This document shows positions 24,580 through 36,491 of a stretch of 54,467 nucleotides of DNA, piece by piece. Positions within the stretch are counted from its first letter, which is position 1; every line of letters begins with the position of its first letter. The notes below the pieces were generated by a model. It was given only the letters and a program-made list of their open reading frames with translations, did not search any database and had not been told where the DNA came from. A program made the position numbers and the translations under genes. The stretch is from Nemertoderma westbladi. Its lineage: Eukaryota; Animalia; Xenacoelomorpha. The stretch is from NCBI GenBank assembly GCA_032718475.1, contig JAUCBJ010008356.1, positions 1 through 54,467 on the forward strand, written 5' to 3'.

Positions 24580-25150
24580 TTTAGTGTAAAATGAAATATA
24601 ACAGCAGAGCATATGGTACTTCACATGGGCCGGTATATTTTCCCCAATGGCGTTAATAGTTAATTACTATTTATTTCCATTGTTGACCGACTTCGAAAAC
24701 TATTTCTGATGAAGAAAGGATCGTAAATCCCCGAAACTAATTTATTTTAACTTTAGTGGTTGAATAACGTTATCAGGTTATTCCTCCTCTATTTATGATT
24801 AATAATTAATTGGCCATAATAATTAATCCACGATGAATAGGAAGGAATTGTGTGTCTAATGTGAGTGAGTATTATAAGAACTCACACTCTATCACTACCT
24901 ACACGGACAATCGTCAATCAGGTATGATTTTAATGGATACCAAACTGTACCGAACTACCAATTACAGGCACCAATGCTTTCTTCTCTGACACACTTCAGT
25001 GCATGATGCTCATCTACGGAAGGGAATAACAGTATCAGAGTTACAGAGTAAACGCTTTCCTGAATATGTTAAGGGCCACAGGGTTTATCTTACAATATTA
25101 AAAATATTTGTATCAAAATACAACATAAATTATGTTTATAATTTTCTAAA

Positions 25151-26530
25151 ACTACTACTGTACAACTATAACCGGCCTGCTGCATTGCAGCTGCACATTG
25201 AGATGATATGCCAGCTCAACAAGAAACATTTTGCCACCACCATGCAATCCACGTTTTACATGCTCCAATGCAGGGTGCATTAAGAATCCTATTCCGGCGT
25301 ATCAAGAAAATTGGGCCGCCACAAATCCCTATCCCACATGACTTTCGCGAGATTTTCCGCATCTTCAAGGCCAGTGTCCTTCAAGAGGCGTCTCATGAAA
25401 GTCATGGCGGTCCACCATGTTTGTTTTCTCCATGGGGCTACCAAGGTACAAGATTGTGCACAGGCTGGTCCTCACGGCGAAAACAAAGTCATGCAAACCG
25501 AAAGCGGCTTTATTCAAGTGTGAAGTTTGGGGGTACCAAAGAGACACCTCCAATATTATATAGTGTCTGGTTGGAGATGTGTGCATTGTACTTGACACAA
25601 TGAACCCGGCGTAGCATTCTTGTAAATACGCCATCCAGAGATTTGGTGTCCTCAGCAGTTAGAGCCCAGCTTGGACTCCCATAGAGGAGTACTGCGGTAC
25701 TACCGCTGCTCTAAATAATTGGACCTTAAGTTTCCTATGTATTCTGTGTGACTTCCAAATCCTGGACAGACTATTTATTGCCGTCCCATGCCTTACGTAT
25801 CCATTCGGATTCGTATCGGATACATGCTCCCAGGTAACAGAAGTCGTCCACATGCTCCAGCATACCATTCTTAGAGCTTATGCTCATACGATCAGAGATT
25901 TCCTGATAACTTTCGAAGTTAACTGTCAAAATTTTGGTCACCTTGGATTTAACAAAAAGACAAACACTAGTAGCAGCTTGTTCTAAGGAGCGGAGAAGCT
26001 GTTGGCCCCCTCAAGAAAATCTGAGAGTAACCCTAAGTCATTAGCAAAGTCTAGATCAGTTAGGTGCATGGGTGGATTTCCTCGAATTTTGTAGCCAGTA
26101 GGTAGTATTACCATCACTCCATCGACATTATGATTATGTAAGGACATGCGTAGAACATAGTCAAAATTAAAATTAAATTTATTTTATTTAATTCTATTGT
26201 GGGAATATCTGGAAGTACAAACTCGGACACTTTTACTTCTATAAAGTTATCAGGCAATACCCTGCCATTATTGACAAGCTTTTCAAAGTGGGCCTTCCAA
26301 CCATTGAGGCGATCGGCTGGTGAATCTGCATTAACCTTGGTGGTTGGTTGGCCTTTCCGCCCAGTCAGTAAGTTGATCGATTTCTATGCGTGGGATGATT
26401 GCCTGCTGTCGTCGGCATCATTGATGGCATCAACCTGCTGGTTGATAAGCTCCTGTAAATTATCACAATATATTTGTGGGACGATACCTACTCCATCTAC
26501 ACTCATACAGTTTGCCGCTACAGGTCGAAA
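25151..26530 (-). mobile_element. RTE-clade LINE, older decayed copy
   Basis: Diverged homology to 53480-54400 (LTDLDFANDLGLL, KLKVQLFRAAVVP) with frameshifts, plus a further upstream fragment at about 26200-26530. Confidence 0.8.
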
Positions 26531-26954
26531 TATCTTAAAGTGAAAACTTTCTCTCATTTCGTCATTTTTTTAGCCGTTCAAGCTAAAACTTTGCAGATAT
26601 ACATGATAGACCGCGTCTATCGTCTGTAGGCTGTGTAGTTGTTGGGACGGTAATCCATCGGCAGTTCTCCAGTCTAACGCTAGTGGGCCGAAATGAAAAC
26701 ATTTTATAAATGTCTATAATGAAAACCTTCAGCCTATGTATTATTGTTTATAATCCTTTTTTCCTGATCGATACTTGGCACATATATTCTAGACTTCAGA
26801 CTGAGTTTTTGTGAGGTCTTGTGAGGTCTTAAACCGACTGCAGTTACCTAGTCTGCCTCTAGGAGGTAAAGTGATTAGGTATCAAAACGTAAGCTTATGT
26901 CACGTGCTGCGCGAAGGTGTTTGTTTTACATTCAATATGTTGAGCGGCAGCAGG

Positions 26955-27330
26955 AGGAGCAGCGTAGGAGCAGCACGTAGGAGCAGCACGCAATGTTTCT
27001 AGGAGCAGCACGCAATGTTTCTAGGAGCAGCACGCAATGTTTCTAGGAGCAGCACGCAATGTTTCTAGGATCAGCACGCAATGTTTCTAGGAGCAGCACG
27101 CAATGTTTCTAGGAGCAGCACGCAATGTTTCTAGGAGCAGCACGCAATGTTTCTAGGAGCAGCACGCAATGTTTCTAGGATCAGCACGCAATGTTTCTAG
27201 GAGCAGCACGTAATGTTTCTAGGAGCAGCACGCAATGTTTCTAGGAGCAGCACGCAATGTTTCTAGGAGCAGCACGCAATGTTTCTAGGAGCAGCACGTA
27301 ATGTTTCTAGGAGCAGCACGCAATGTTTCT
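26955..27330. repeat. Minisatellite, 22-bp unit aggagcagcacgcaatgtttct
   Basis: About 16 near-identical units preceded by shorter partial units. Confidence 0.95.
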
Positions 27331-28074
27331 CTCAAGTTATATTTCGTTAAATTTATCTATCAATTCTGTATTATTGTAGTGGGCGAAAACTGATTAGCTT
27401 GCCAAGTCCAGCGGAAAATAATAGGTAGCGATGGTTAATGAGAGAAACTCGTTAAAATTCATGGATGCGGTGGATAAATTACAAGTGAGAGAAAGCAGGA
27501 TCATAAGCTAAGTGGCTTATATGGCCAGAATGATGTCTGACTATTAATCATGTACACAACATGGTGGGGGGAGGGACATGTTTGAACGAGCCTATCTTTA
27601 TCATACATTAGAAGCATAAGGCTACTTTGTTTAGAATTAGAACAAAAGAGATTGGTATACTCTTTAGTCATCATTATTTTGGCATTCAATGACCTTATGT
27701 AGACATATACATTAACATTACTATCTATACCGGTACATACACTACAAACTTATCCTCTATCCACTCAAGTCGGTCAGATCAATTTGTAATATTTCAGTTT
27801 AGACAATAAAGAAAAGAGAGATAATATAGTATTAATTAAACGCATTGCACCCAGTCCGTGAAACTGATGACAGATAAGCTGCTGTTCTCTACCCCCCCCC
27901 CCCCCCCCCCCAGCCAGGTATATATTTCCTACAGCCAGCTTTGCTATCCAATCAGAAGATTTACCTGCGAATCGCAATTTCCGTATAGAAATTGGAATTT
28001 TAACTTGTTAATTATTATATTTTATATGTTAATTATTGAATTTTATAAGTTAATTATTGAAATTTATACGTTAA

Positions 28075-28290
28075 TTACGTTTAGACCAATTAAGAACACA
28101 TTTCTTAAAGCAAATGATAATTAATGCTAATTAAAAACTATATTGGAATGGGGTATGGGGATTACAGCTGTATAATTGTTGAGTAAATAATTAATTTCAT
28201 ATTATAGTATAAAATAATTTCCATGAAAGGCTGAAAATGCCGTTGTTTATCGCAATCGTCAATCAACATAATGAACTTATTAACTGCGTT
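28075..28290 (-). mobile_element. Diverged internal fragment of the HINE-like family
   Basis: Aligns by eye with 7880-8105 (ttacgtttaga..., ctaattaaaaactata, gtatggggatta, ttatcttagcttct). Confidence 0.65.
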
Positions 28291-29138
28291 TATCTTAGCT
28301 TCTTGCAAAATATGTAAAAAAAAAAAATGCAAAATATGTAAAAAAAAAAAAATGTAAAATATATTTGAAAAATTTCGAATTTCGAATTTCACTACATTTT
28401 TGTCACTAAAATGTATATTCATCCGCTTAAACTGTTCCATTGAATTTCGTTATTACTTTGGATAGAATAATGTGCCACTGTAACCTACTCTTTTTCTATT
28501 ATATAGTGATAAATTAATAGATTTTAGTGATAACTAATACCGTATATTTTAGTGTTAAATTATATATTTTAGTGATAATTATATTTACTGGAAACTGAAT
28601 ATTTTACTGATTTTATCTTAGATTTTCCGGTTAACATTTAATGAAAAAATATTATTTTTAGTAGGTCGATAAATTACTGCCATTAATAAATAATTCAGAT
28701 TATGTAATTATATGATGATCTATTATTTATATTTGGAATAAATTTTAAGTTATTAAAAGTTATTTAAAACGCTTGGCGGATGTTTATCGAGGCAAGATCT
28801 GAAACCTTATTAAACATTCAATATTAGATTAGGTATTGGATAATGTAATGTAATTCGAAAATTAAAATAGTTTAAAAATACCGGTAGGTTAAAAAATAGT
28901 TTAAGGGGGAAACGGTTTTTGTACATGTCTCCAATGTGGTTGAAAATAGAAAACAATATACCATCGAAAAAAGAATCAACAAAAGTAGATAATAATTTGA
29001 AAACTACCACTCCGTTATTTTCCATTTTATTTTCCGATACCACATTTATTGATACCAGTATGTTCATTTTCATCATATTTTTCAGCCAATTTACTATATC
29101 AGCGAGAACATTGAGTGGCATATCAATGGCGATCACCT

Positions 29139-32100
29139 TTAATGTTTGTGTCCCTCATTAATGTTTGTGTCCCTCATTAATGTTTGTGTCCCTCATTAAT
29201 GTTTGTGTACCTTATTAATGTTTGTGTCCCTCATTAATGTTTGTGTCCCTCATTAATATGCCCCTCATTAATGTTTGTGTCCCTCATTAATGTTTGTGTC
29301 CCTCATTAATGTTTGTGTCCCTCATTAATGTTTGTGTCCCTCATTAATGTTTGTGTCCCTCATTAATGTTTGTGTCCCTCATTAATGTTTGTGTCCCTCA
29401 TTAATGTTTGTGTCCCTCATTAATGTTAGTGACCCTCATTAATGTTTGTGTCCCTCATTAATGTTTGTGTCCCTCATTAATGTTTGTGTCCCTCATTAAT
29501 GTTTGTGTCCCTCATTAATGTTTGTTTCCATATTAATTAATGTTTGTGTCCCTCATTAATATGCCCTCATTAATGTTTGTGTCCCTCATTAATGTTTGTG
29601 TCCATATTAATTAATGTTTGTGTCCCTCATTAATATGCCCTCATTAATGTTTGTGTCCCTCATTAATATGCCCTCATTAATGTTTGTGTCCCTCATTAAT
29701 GTTTGTGTCCATCATTAATGTTTGTGTCCATATTAATTAATGTTTGTGTCCCTCATTAATATGCCCTCATTAATGTTTGTGTCCCTCATTAATGTTTGTG
29801 TCCCTCATTAATGTTTGTGTCCCTCATTAATGTTTGTGTCCCTCATTAATGTTTGTGTCCCTCATTAATGTTTGTGTCCATCATTAATGTTTGTGTCCAT
29901 ATTAATTAATTTTTGTGTCCCTCATTAATATGCCCCTCATTAATGTTTGTGTCCCTCATTAATGTTTGTGTCCCTCATTAATGTTTGTGTCCCTCATTAA
30001 TGTTTGTGTCCTTCATTAATGTTTGTGTCCCTCATTAATGTTTGTGTCCCTCATTAATGTTTGTGTCCCTCATTAATGTTTGTGTCCCTCATTAATGTTT
30101 GTGTCCCTCATTAATGTTTGTGTCCCTCATTAATGTTTGTGTCCCTCATTAATGTTAGTGTCCCTCATTAATGTTTGTGTCCCTCATTAATGTTTGTGTC
30201 CCTCATTAATGTTTGTGTCCCTCATTAATGTTTGTGTCCCTCATTAATGTTTGTGTCCCTCATTAATGTTTGTGTCCCTCATTAATGTTTGTGTCCCTCA
30301 TTAATGTTTGTGTCCCTCATTAATGTTTGTGTCCCTCATTAATGTTTGTGTCCCTCATTAATGTTTGTGTCCCTCATTAATGTTAGTGACCCTCATTAAT
30401 GTTTGTGTCCCTCATTAATGTTTGTGTCCCTCATTAATGTTTGTGTCCCTCATTAATGTTTGTGTCCCTCATTAATGTTTGTGTCCCTCATTAATGTTTG
30501 TGTCCCTCATTAATGTTTGTGTCCCTCATTAATGTTAGTGTCCCTCATTAATGTTTGTGTCCCTCATTAATGTTTGTGTCCCTCATTAATGTTTGTGTCC
30601 CTCATTAATGTTTGTGTCCCTCATTAATGTTTGTGTCCCTCATTAATGTTTGTGTCCCTCATTAATGTTTGTGTCCCTCATTAATGTTTGTGTCCCTCAT
30701 TAATGTTTGTGTCCCTCATTAATGTTAGTGACCCTCATTAATGTTTGTGTCCCTCATTAATGTTTGTGTCCCTCATTAATGTTTGTGTCCCTCATTAATG
30801 TTTGTGTCCCTCATTAATGTTTGTTTCCATATTAATTAATGTTTGTGTCCCTCATTAATATGCCCTCATTAATGTTTGTGTCCCTCATTAATGTTTGTGT
30901 CCATATTAATTAATGTTTGTGTCCCTCATTAATATGCCCTCATTAATGTTTGTGTCCCTCATTAATATGCCCTCATTAATGTTTGTGTCCCTCATTAATG
31001 TTTGTGTCCATCATTAATGTTTGTGTCCATATTAATTAATGTTTGTGTCCCTCATTAATATGCCCTCATTAATGTTTGTGTCCCTCATTAATGTTTGTGT
31101 CCCTCATTAATGTTTGTGTCCCTCATTAATGTTTGTGTCCCTCATTAATGTTTGTGTCCCTCATTAATGTTTGTGTCCATCATTAATGTTTGTGTCCATA
31201 TTAATTAATTTTTGTGTCCCTCATTAATATGCCCCTCATTAATGTTTGTGTCCCTCATTAATGTTTGTGTCCCTCATTAATGTTTGTGTCCCTCATTAAT
31301 GTTTGTGTCCTTCATTAATGTTTGTGTCCCTCATTAATGTTTGTGTCCCTCATTAATGTTTGTGTCCCTCATTAATGTTTCTGTCCCTCATTAATGTTTC
31401 TGTCCCTCATTAATGTTTATGTCCCTCATTAATGTTTGTGTCCCTCATTAATGTTTGTGTCCCTCATTAATGTTTGTGTCCCTCATTAATGTTTGTGTCC
31501 CTCATTAATGTTTGTGTCCCTCATTAATGTTTGTGTCCCTCATTAATGTTTGTGTCCCTCATTAATGTTTGTGCCCCTCATTAATGTTTGTGTCCATCAT
31601 TAATGTTTGTGTCCATATTAATTAATGTTTGTGTCCATCATTAATGTTTGTGTCCCTCATTAATGTTTGTGTCCATATTAATTAATGTTTGTGTCCATCA
31701 TTAATGTTTGTGTCCCTCATTAATGTTTGTCTCCCTCATTAATGTTTGTGTCCCTCATTAATGTTTGTGTCCATCATTAATATGCCCTCATTAATGTTTG
31801 TGTCCATATTAATGTTTGTGTCCCTCATTAATATGCCCCTCATTAATGTTTGTGTCCCTCATTAATGTTTGTGTCCCTCATTAATGTTTGTGTCCCTCAT
31901 TAATGTTTGTGCCCCTCATTAATGTTTGTGTCCATCATTAATATGCCCTCATTAATGTTTGTGTCCATATTAATGTTTGTGTCCCTCATTAATATGCCCC
32001 TCATTAATGTTTGTGTCCCTCATTAATGTTTGTGTCCGTCATTAATGTTTGTGTCCCTCATTAATGTTTGTGTCCCTCATTAATGTTTGTGTCCCTCATT

Positions 32101-33746
32101 AATGTTTGTGTCCATCATTAATATGCCCTCATTAATGTTTGTGTCCATATTAATGTTTGTGTCCCTCATTAATATGCCCCTCATTAATGTTTGTGTCCCT
32201 CATTAATGTTTGTGTCCCTCATTAATGTTTGTGTCCATCATTAATGTTTGTGTCCCTCATTAATGTTTGTCTCCCTCATTAATGTTTGTGTCCCTCATTA
32301 ATGTTTGTGTCCATCATTAATATGCCCTCATTAATGTTTGTGTCCATATTAATGTTTGTGTCCCTCATTAATATGCCCCTCATTAATGTTTGTGTCCCTC
32401 ATTAATGTTTGTGTCCCTCATTAATGTTTGTGTCCCTCATTAATGTTTGTGTCCCTCATTAATGTTTGTGTCCCTCATTAATGTTTGTGCCCCTCATTAA
32501 TGTTTGTGCCCCTCATTAATGTTTGTGTCCCTCATTAATGTTTGTGTCCCTCATTAATGTTTGTGCCCCTCATTAATGTTTGTGTCCCTCATTAATGTTT
32601 GTATCCCTCACTAATGTTTGTGTCCCTCATTAATGTTTGTGTCCCTCATTAATGTTTGTGTCCCTCATTAATGTTTGTGTCCCTCATTAATGTTTGTGTC
32701 CCTCATTAATGTTTGTGTCCCTCATTAATGTTTGTGTCCATCATTAATGTTTGTGTCCATATTAATTAATGTTTGTGTCCCTCATTAATATGCCCTCATT
32801 AATGTTTGTGTCCCTCATTAATGTTTGTGTCCATATTAATTAATGTTTGTGTCCATCATTAATGTTTGTGTCCCTCATTAATGTTTGTGTCCCTCATTAA
32901 TGTTTGTGTCCATCATTAATGTATGTGTCCATATTAATTAATGTTTGTGTCCCTCATTAATATGCCCTCATTAATGTTTGTGTCCATATTAATGTTTGTG
33001 TCCCTCATTAATATGCCCCTCATTAATGTTTGTGTCCCTCATTAATGTTTGAATCCCTCACTAATGTTTGTGTCCCTCATTAATGTTTGTGTCCCTCATT
33101 AATGTTTGTGTCCCTCATTAATGTTTGTGTCCCTCATTAATGTTTGTGTCCCTCATTAATGTTTGTGTCCCTCATTAATGTTTGTGTCCATCATTAATGT
33201 TTGTGTCCATATTAATTAATGTTTGTGTCCCTCATTAATATGCCCTCATTAATGTTTGTGTCCCTCATTAATGTTTGTGTCCCTCATTAATGTTTGTGTC
33301 CCTCATTAATGTTTGTGTCCCTCATTAATGTTTGTGTCCCTCATTAATGTTTGTGCCCCTCATTAATGTTTGTGTCCCTCATTAATGTTTGTGTCCCTCA
33401 TTAATGTTTGTATCCCTCATTAATGTTTGTGTCCCTCATTAATGTTTGTGTCCCTTATTAATGTTTGTGTCCCTCATTAATGTTTGTGTCCCTCATTAAT
33501 GTTTGTGTCCCTCATTAATGTTTGTGTCCATCATTAATGTTTGTGTCCATATTAATTAATGTTTGTGTCCCTCATTAATATGCCCTCATTAATGTTTGTG
33601 TCCCTCATTAATGTTTGTGCCCCTCATTAATGTTTGTGTCCAAATTAATGTTGTTGTGTCCCTCATTAATATGCCCCTCATTAATGTTTGTGTCCCTCAT
33701 TAATATGCCCCTCATTAATGTTTGTGTCCCACATTAATGTTTGTGT
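29139..33746. repeat. 4.6-kb satellite, 19-bp unit ttaatgtttgtgtccctca
   Basis: About 240 units (length divided by unit size), with recurring variants forming higher-order blocks. Confidence 0.97.
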
Positions 33747-34011
33747 AATGGCCGCTATGGGCTTCCGTACGTGTTTAAATGAAAATAGTAATCGAAAAAA
33801 ATACCATTAGTACAGTAATTAACCTGAGTGGAGAAAAGCCATTTTAATCTTTTTTGCGTGGGATAAAATAACGACAATTAATTCCCTCTAGACCTACTTT
33901 GTGGGAGACGCATCTCCTCTATGCCCAAAAACCACAAAACATTAGTTCGTGTAAATTCTCAGTTGTTTTAGATTAATTTTAATTTTGTTACAGTTTGTTG
34001 GCCGGTCAATG

Positions 34012-34410
34012 GATATTTGTTTGTGGAATGTGTGTGGAGCGTAAGAAGATTGAAAATACCTTAAAAGATAATATTGCTGAGTGTGGAATTTATTTGTGCA
34101 CTGCGCAGCGCAGTGGGGATATGGGGCGTAGATAATTGTTTAAATATTTGCCCTTATTTATTCTGACTTTATCAGGGAAGTTATCTTTGATTGGTAAAAT
34201 ACTGGTAGGTAAATAAATGGCAGGGCGTATGAGCTACATGAGTTGGCAGGACACCCTGTTAGTGCCCCATCAGTTGTTGCTGGCATTTACAGTAGTTAAT
34301 GTATGGACACCGAAAGAGAGTTAACTGCGGCATATGATGTGTCCTGTAGGTTGGAATGTAGTTAAATGCCAGTCTGCCTTTTTAAGAGTTCTTATTTTAA
34401 TGGACGTTGA
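34012..34410 (+). pseudogene. Possible decayed AP-endonuclease domain of a non-LTR retrotransposon
   Basis: Fragments DICLWNVCGA, TVVNVWTP and VLILMDVE occur in the order of the APE motifs WNVxG, xxNVYAP and ILGDFN, interrupted by stops. Confidence 0.3.
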
Positions 34411-34950
34411 ACAATTATGGGATTTTGAAATAGCTTACTTTATATTGACGCATTCACGTCACGCGGCTCAATGCTCACTTAATGGTTGTATTTATTGTCA
34501 ATCCCCACTTGAAAAGCAATAAACCCACAAAGCGCCACAACAACGAGAAGTTGGACGGCAAGTGCCAATTATATAATTAACTTAATTTGCATTAGACATT
34601 AATTTTTAAACTATTTTTTTATAACAAATGAACGGTTGCCATTTTTCAGATATACTACCATAATATCCAAAAAATAATTAAAATTATTTTCTTACAATAG
34701 GGTTGCCGGCATTTATTTGTTAGTTAGAAAACATTTTATTGCCAAATTTTATTGTGTTAGAAAACAATTTATTGCCCTGCAAACAGATCACGAGTTTGCC
34801 ATACATAGAAAGTGAGAAGTTGTAAACATGCTGATGAACCCGGCATAAGTGGCATCATATATCTTTATGCGGCGTGAATGCATGGCAGATTTGGGTTTAG
34901 GATCTGAGATTATGAGAGTATATGTACCATACATATCTTGTGTCCTCTGC

Positions 34951-35530
34951 AATAAGAACCCAGCAAGGACTATAGACAGAGTGGTGTATTTAAGTGGTGT
35001 GGTTCTTAGACCAGGCCACTGGCCATAGAGGAGAATAAGTTCCAATGATGCACAGCAGCTGGGCTATGGCAGTCAATGCGTATCTGGGTCTTCTGTCGAA
35101 ATCCCATAACCATGACCCCAGATTGCAGAAGTTAGTTATATATTATCTGGCGCCTCCCACAACCTAAATCCGGCCCTGAACCTACGCCCATTGGTTGAGA
35201 CAAGGGCCAGTCTGAGTGTTACCGCATTTGACCTCCCATATAAAGGGTTTAAGCAAAAGTCTGGGGCTGGGCAAACTCATCTTTATGTCTGCCTGCGTCT
35301 GGTAATAGCTGGCACCTGCGGGGCCTTTTCTGTCCGGTATTGTCGTTTTCTGTCGACCAATAAGAACCCAGCAAGGACTATACACAGTAGTGGTGTATTT
35401 AGGCATTGTGTTCTTGTGCCAGGCCACTGGCCATAGACAGGAGAAGTAGTTTCAATGCTGCACAGATCCTGGACAGCTGTGCTATGGCAGTCAATGGTTC
35501 CTTGGCGTATGTGAGTCTTCTGTCGTAATG
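34951..35530. repeat. Diverged direct repeat of ~150-170 bp (34951-35100 and 35359-35530)
   Basis: Shared aataagaacccagcaaggactata...ccaggccactggccataga...gctatggcagtcaatg...gtcttctgtcg. Confidence 0.8.
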
Positions 35531-36491
35531 CGTCGGCTACATATTGTTCATTTGTAGTATTTTTGGTAGTGAGTTTGCTCCCGAAGCTCACAATGGATTG
35601 CCAGACGGCCAGGCCATCGACTGGGTGTCGCAGTATGTTTGTTCAGGTGTACTAGATAACAAAGTTTATTTTGTACACCTTGATTGCATTCCTGCTAACA
35701 GTTTCAGCTTTCATTTTTAATTGGAGTCTATCTTGCTTTATCTGTATCTCTTGAAGTTCTACCCTCGACTCTCCAATGTTATGCCATTCACAGTTTCTGC
35801 TTACCCTTTACCCAGCGGATCTGAGAAAATGTCCAGAGGATTTGTGTATATCGATATAATTACATCTTATTATTTTTTAACTCATAAGAAACATAAGAAA
35901 GTTAATTAAACAGAAATCAAACATTTGATTATTTCGTTGTTCGGTTTTCTTACTCAACGTTTCTCACTTTATAAGGTACTGTGACATATAATTATTACCA
36001 ACAGAGTAAAGCGACGCAAAATACTGTAGATTAGTTAGATTATCGAAAACCTTGATAAATATACACTTGAGCATGAAATCTATCTATATATTTGACAAGG
36101 TTACTTTTGGTAATGTTAGTTCCCGATAGATTTTATCCTGGTAGAAATTCGATAGCTGCCTATTTCAATACACTGTATTTCTTACACTGAAAGTAAAATA
36201 GGAAATATTCTTAAATTGTTACAAATATTATACAATTTAATAGTATGTAGTTTCGTTCACACTCACAACTTCTATTCAAACTCAGAAGCTCTGAAGAGAA
36301 AATTTGTAAAAAAAGTAACAATTTAAGAATAAAATTAGGTAATCCATCTGAAAAAAAACATTTTTTTCACATACGAGACTCGTTAGATTTTCCCACTCGC
36401 TACGCTCGTGAAATAACTCCCGGCGAGATTATTTTGATATCTACTGTATAAGAACTAGTAATCGCTCATAAAATTTCAAATAAATCATATT

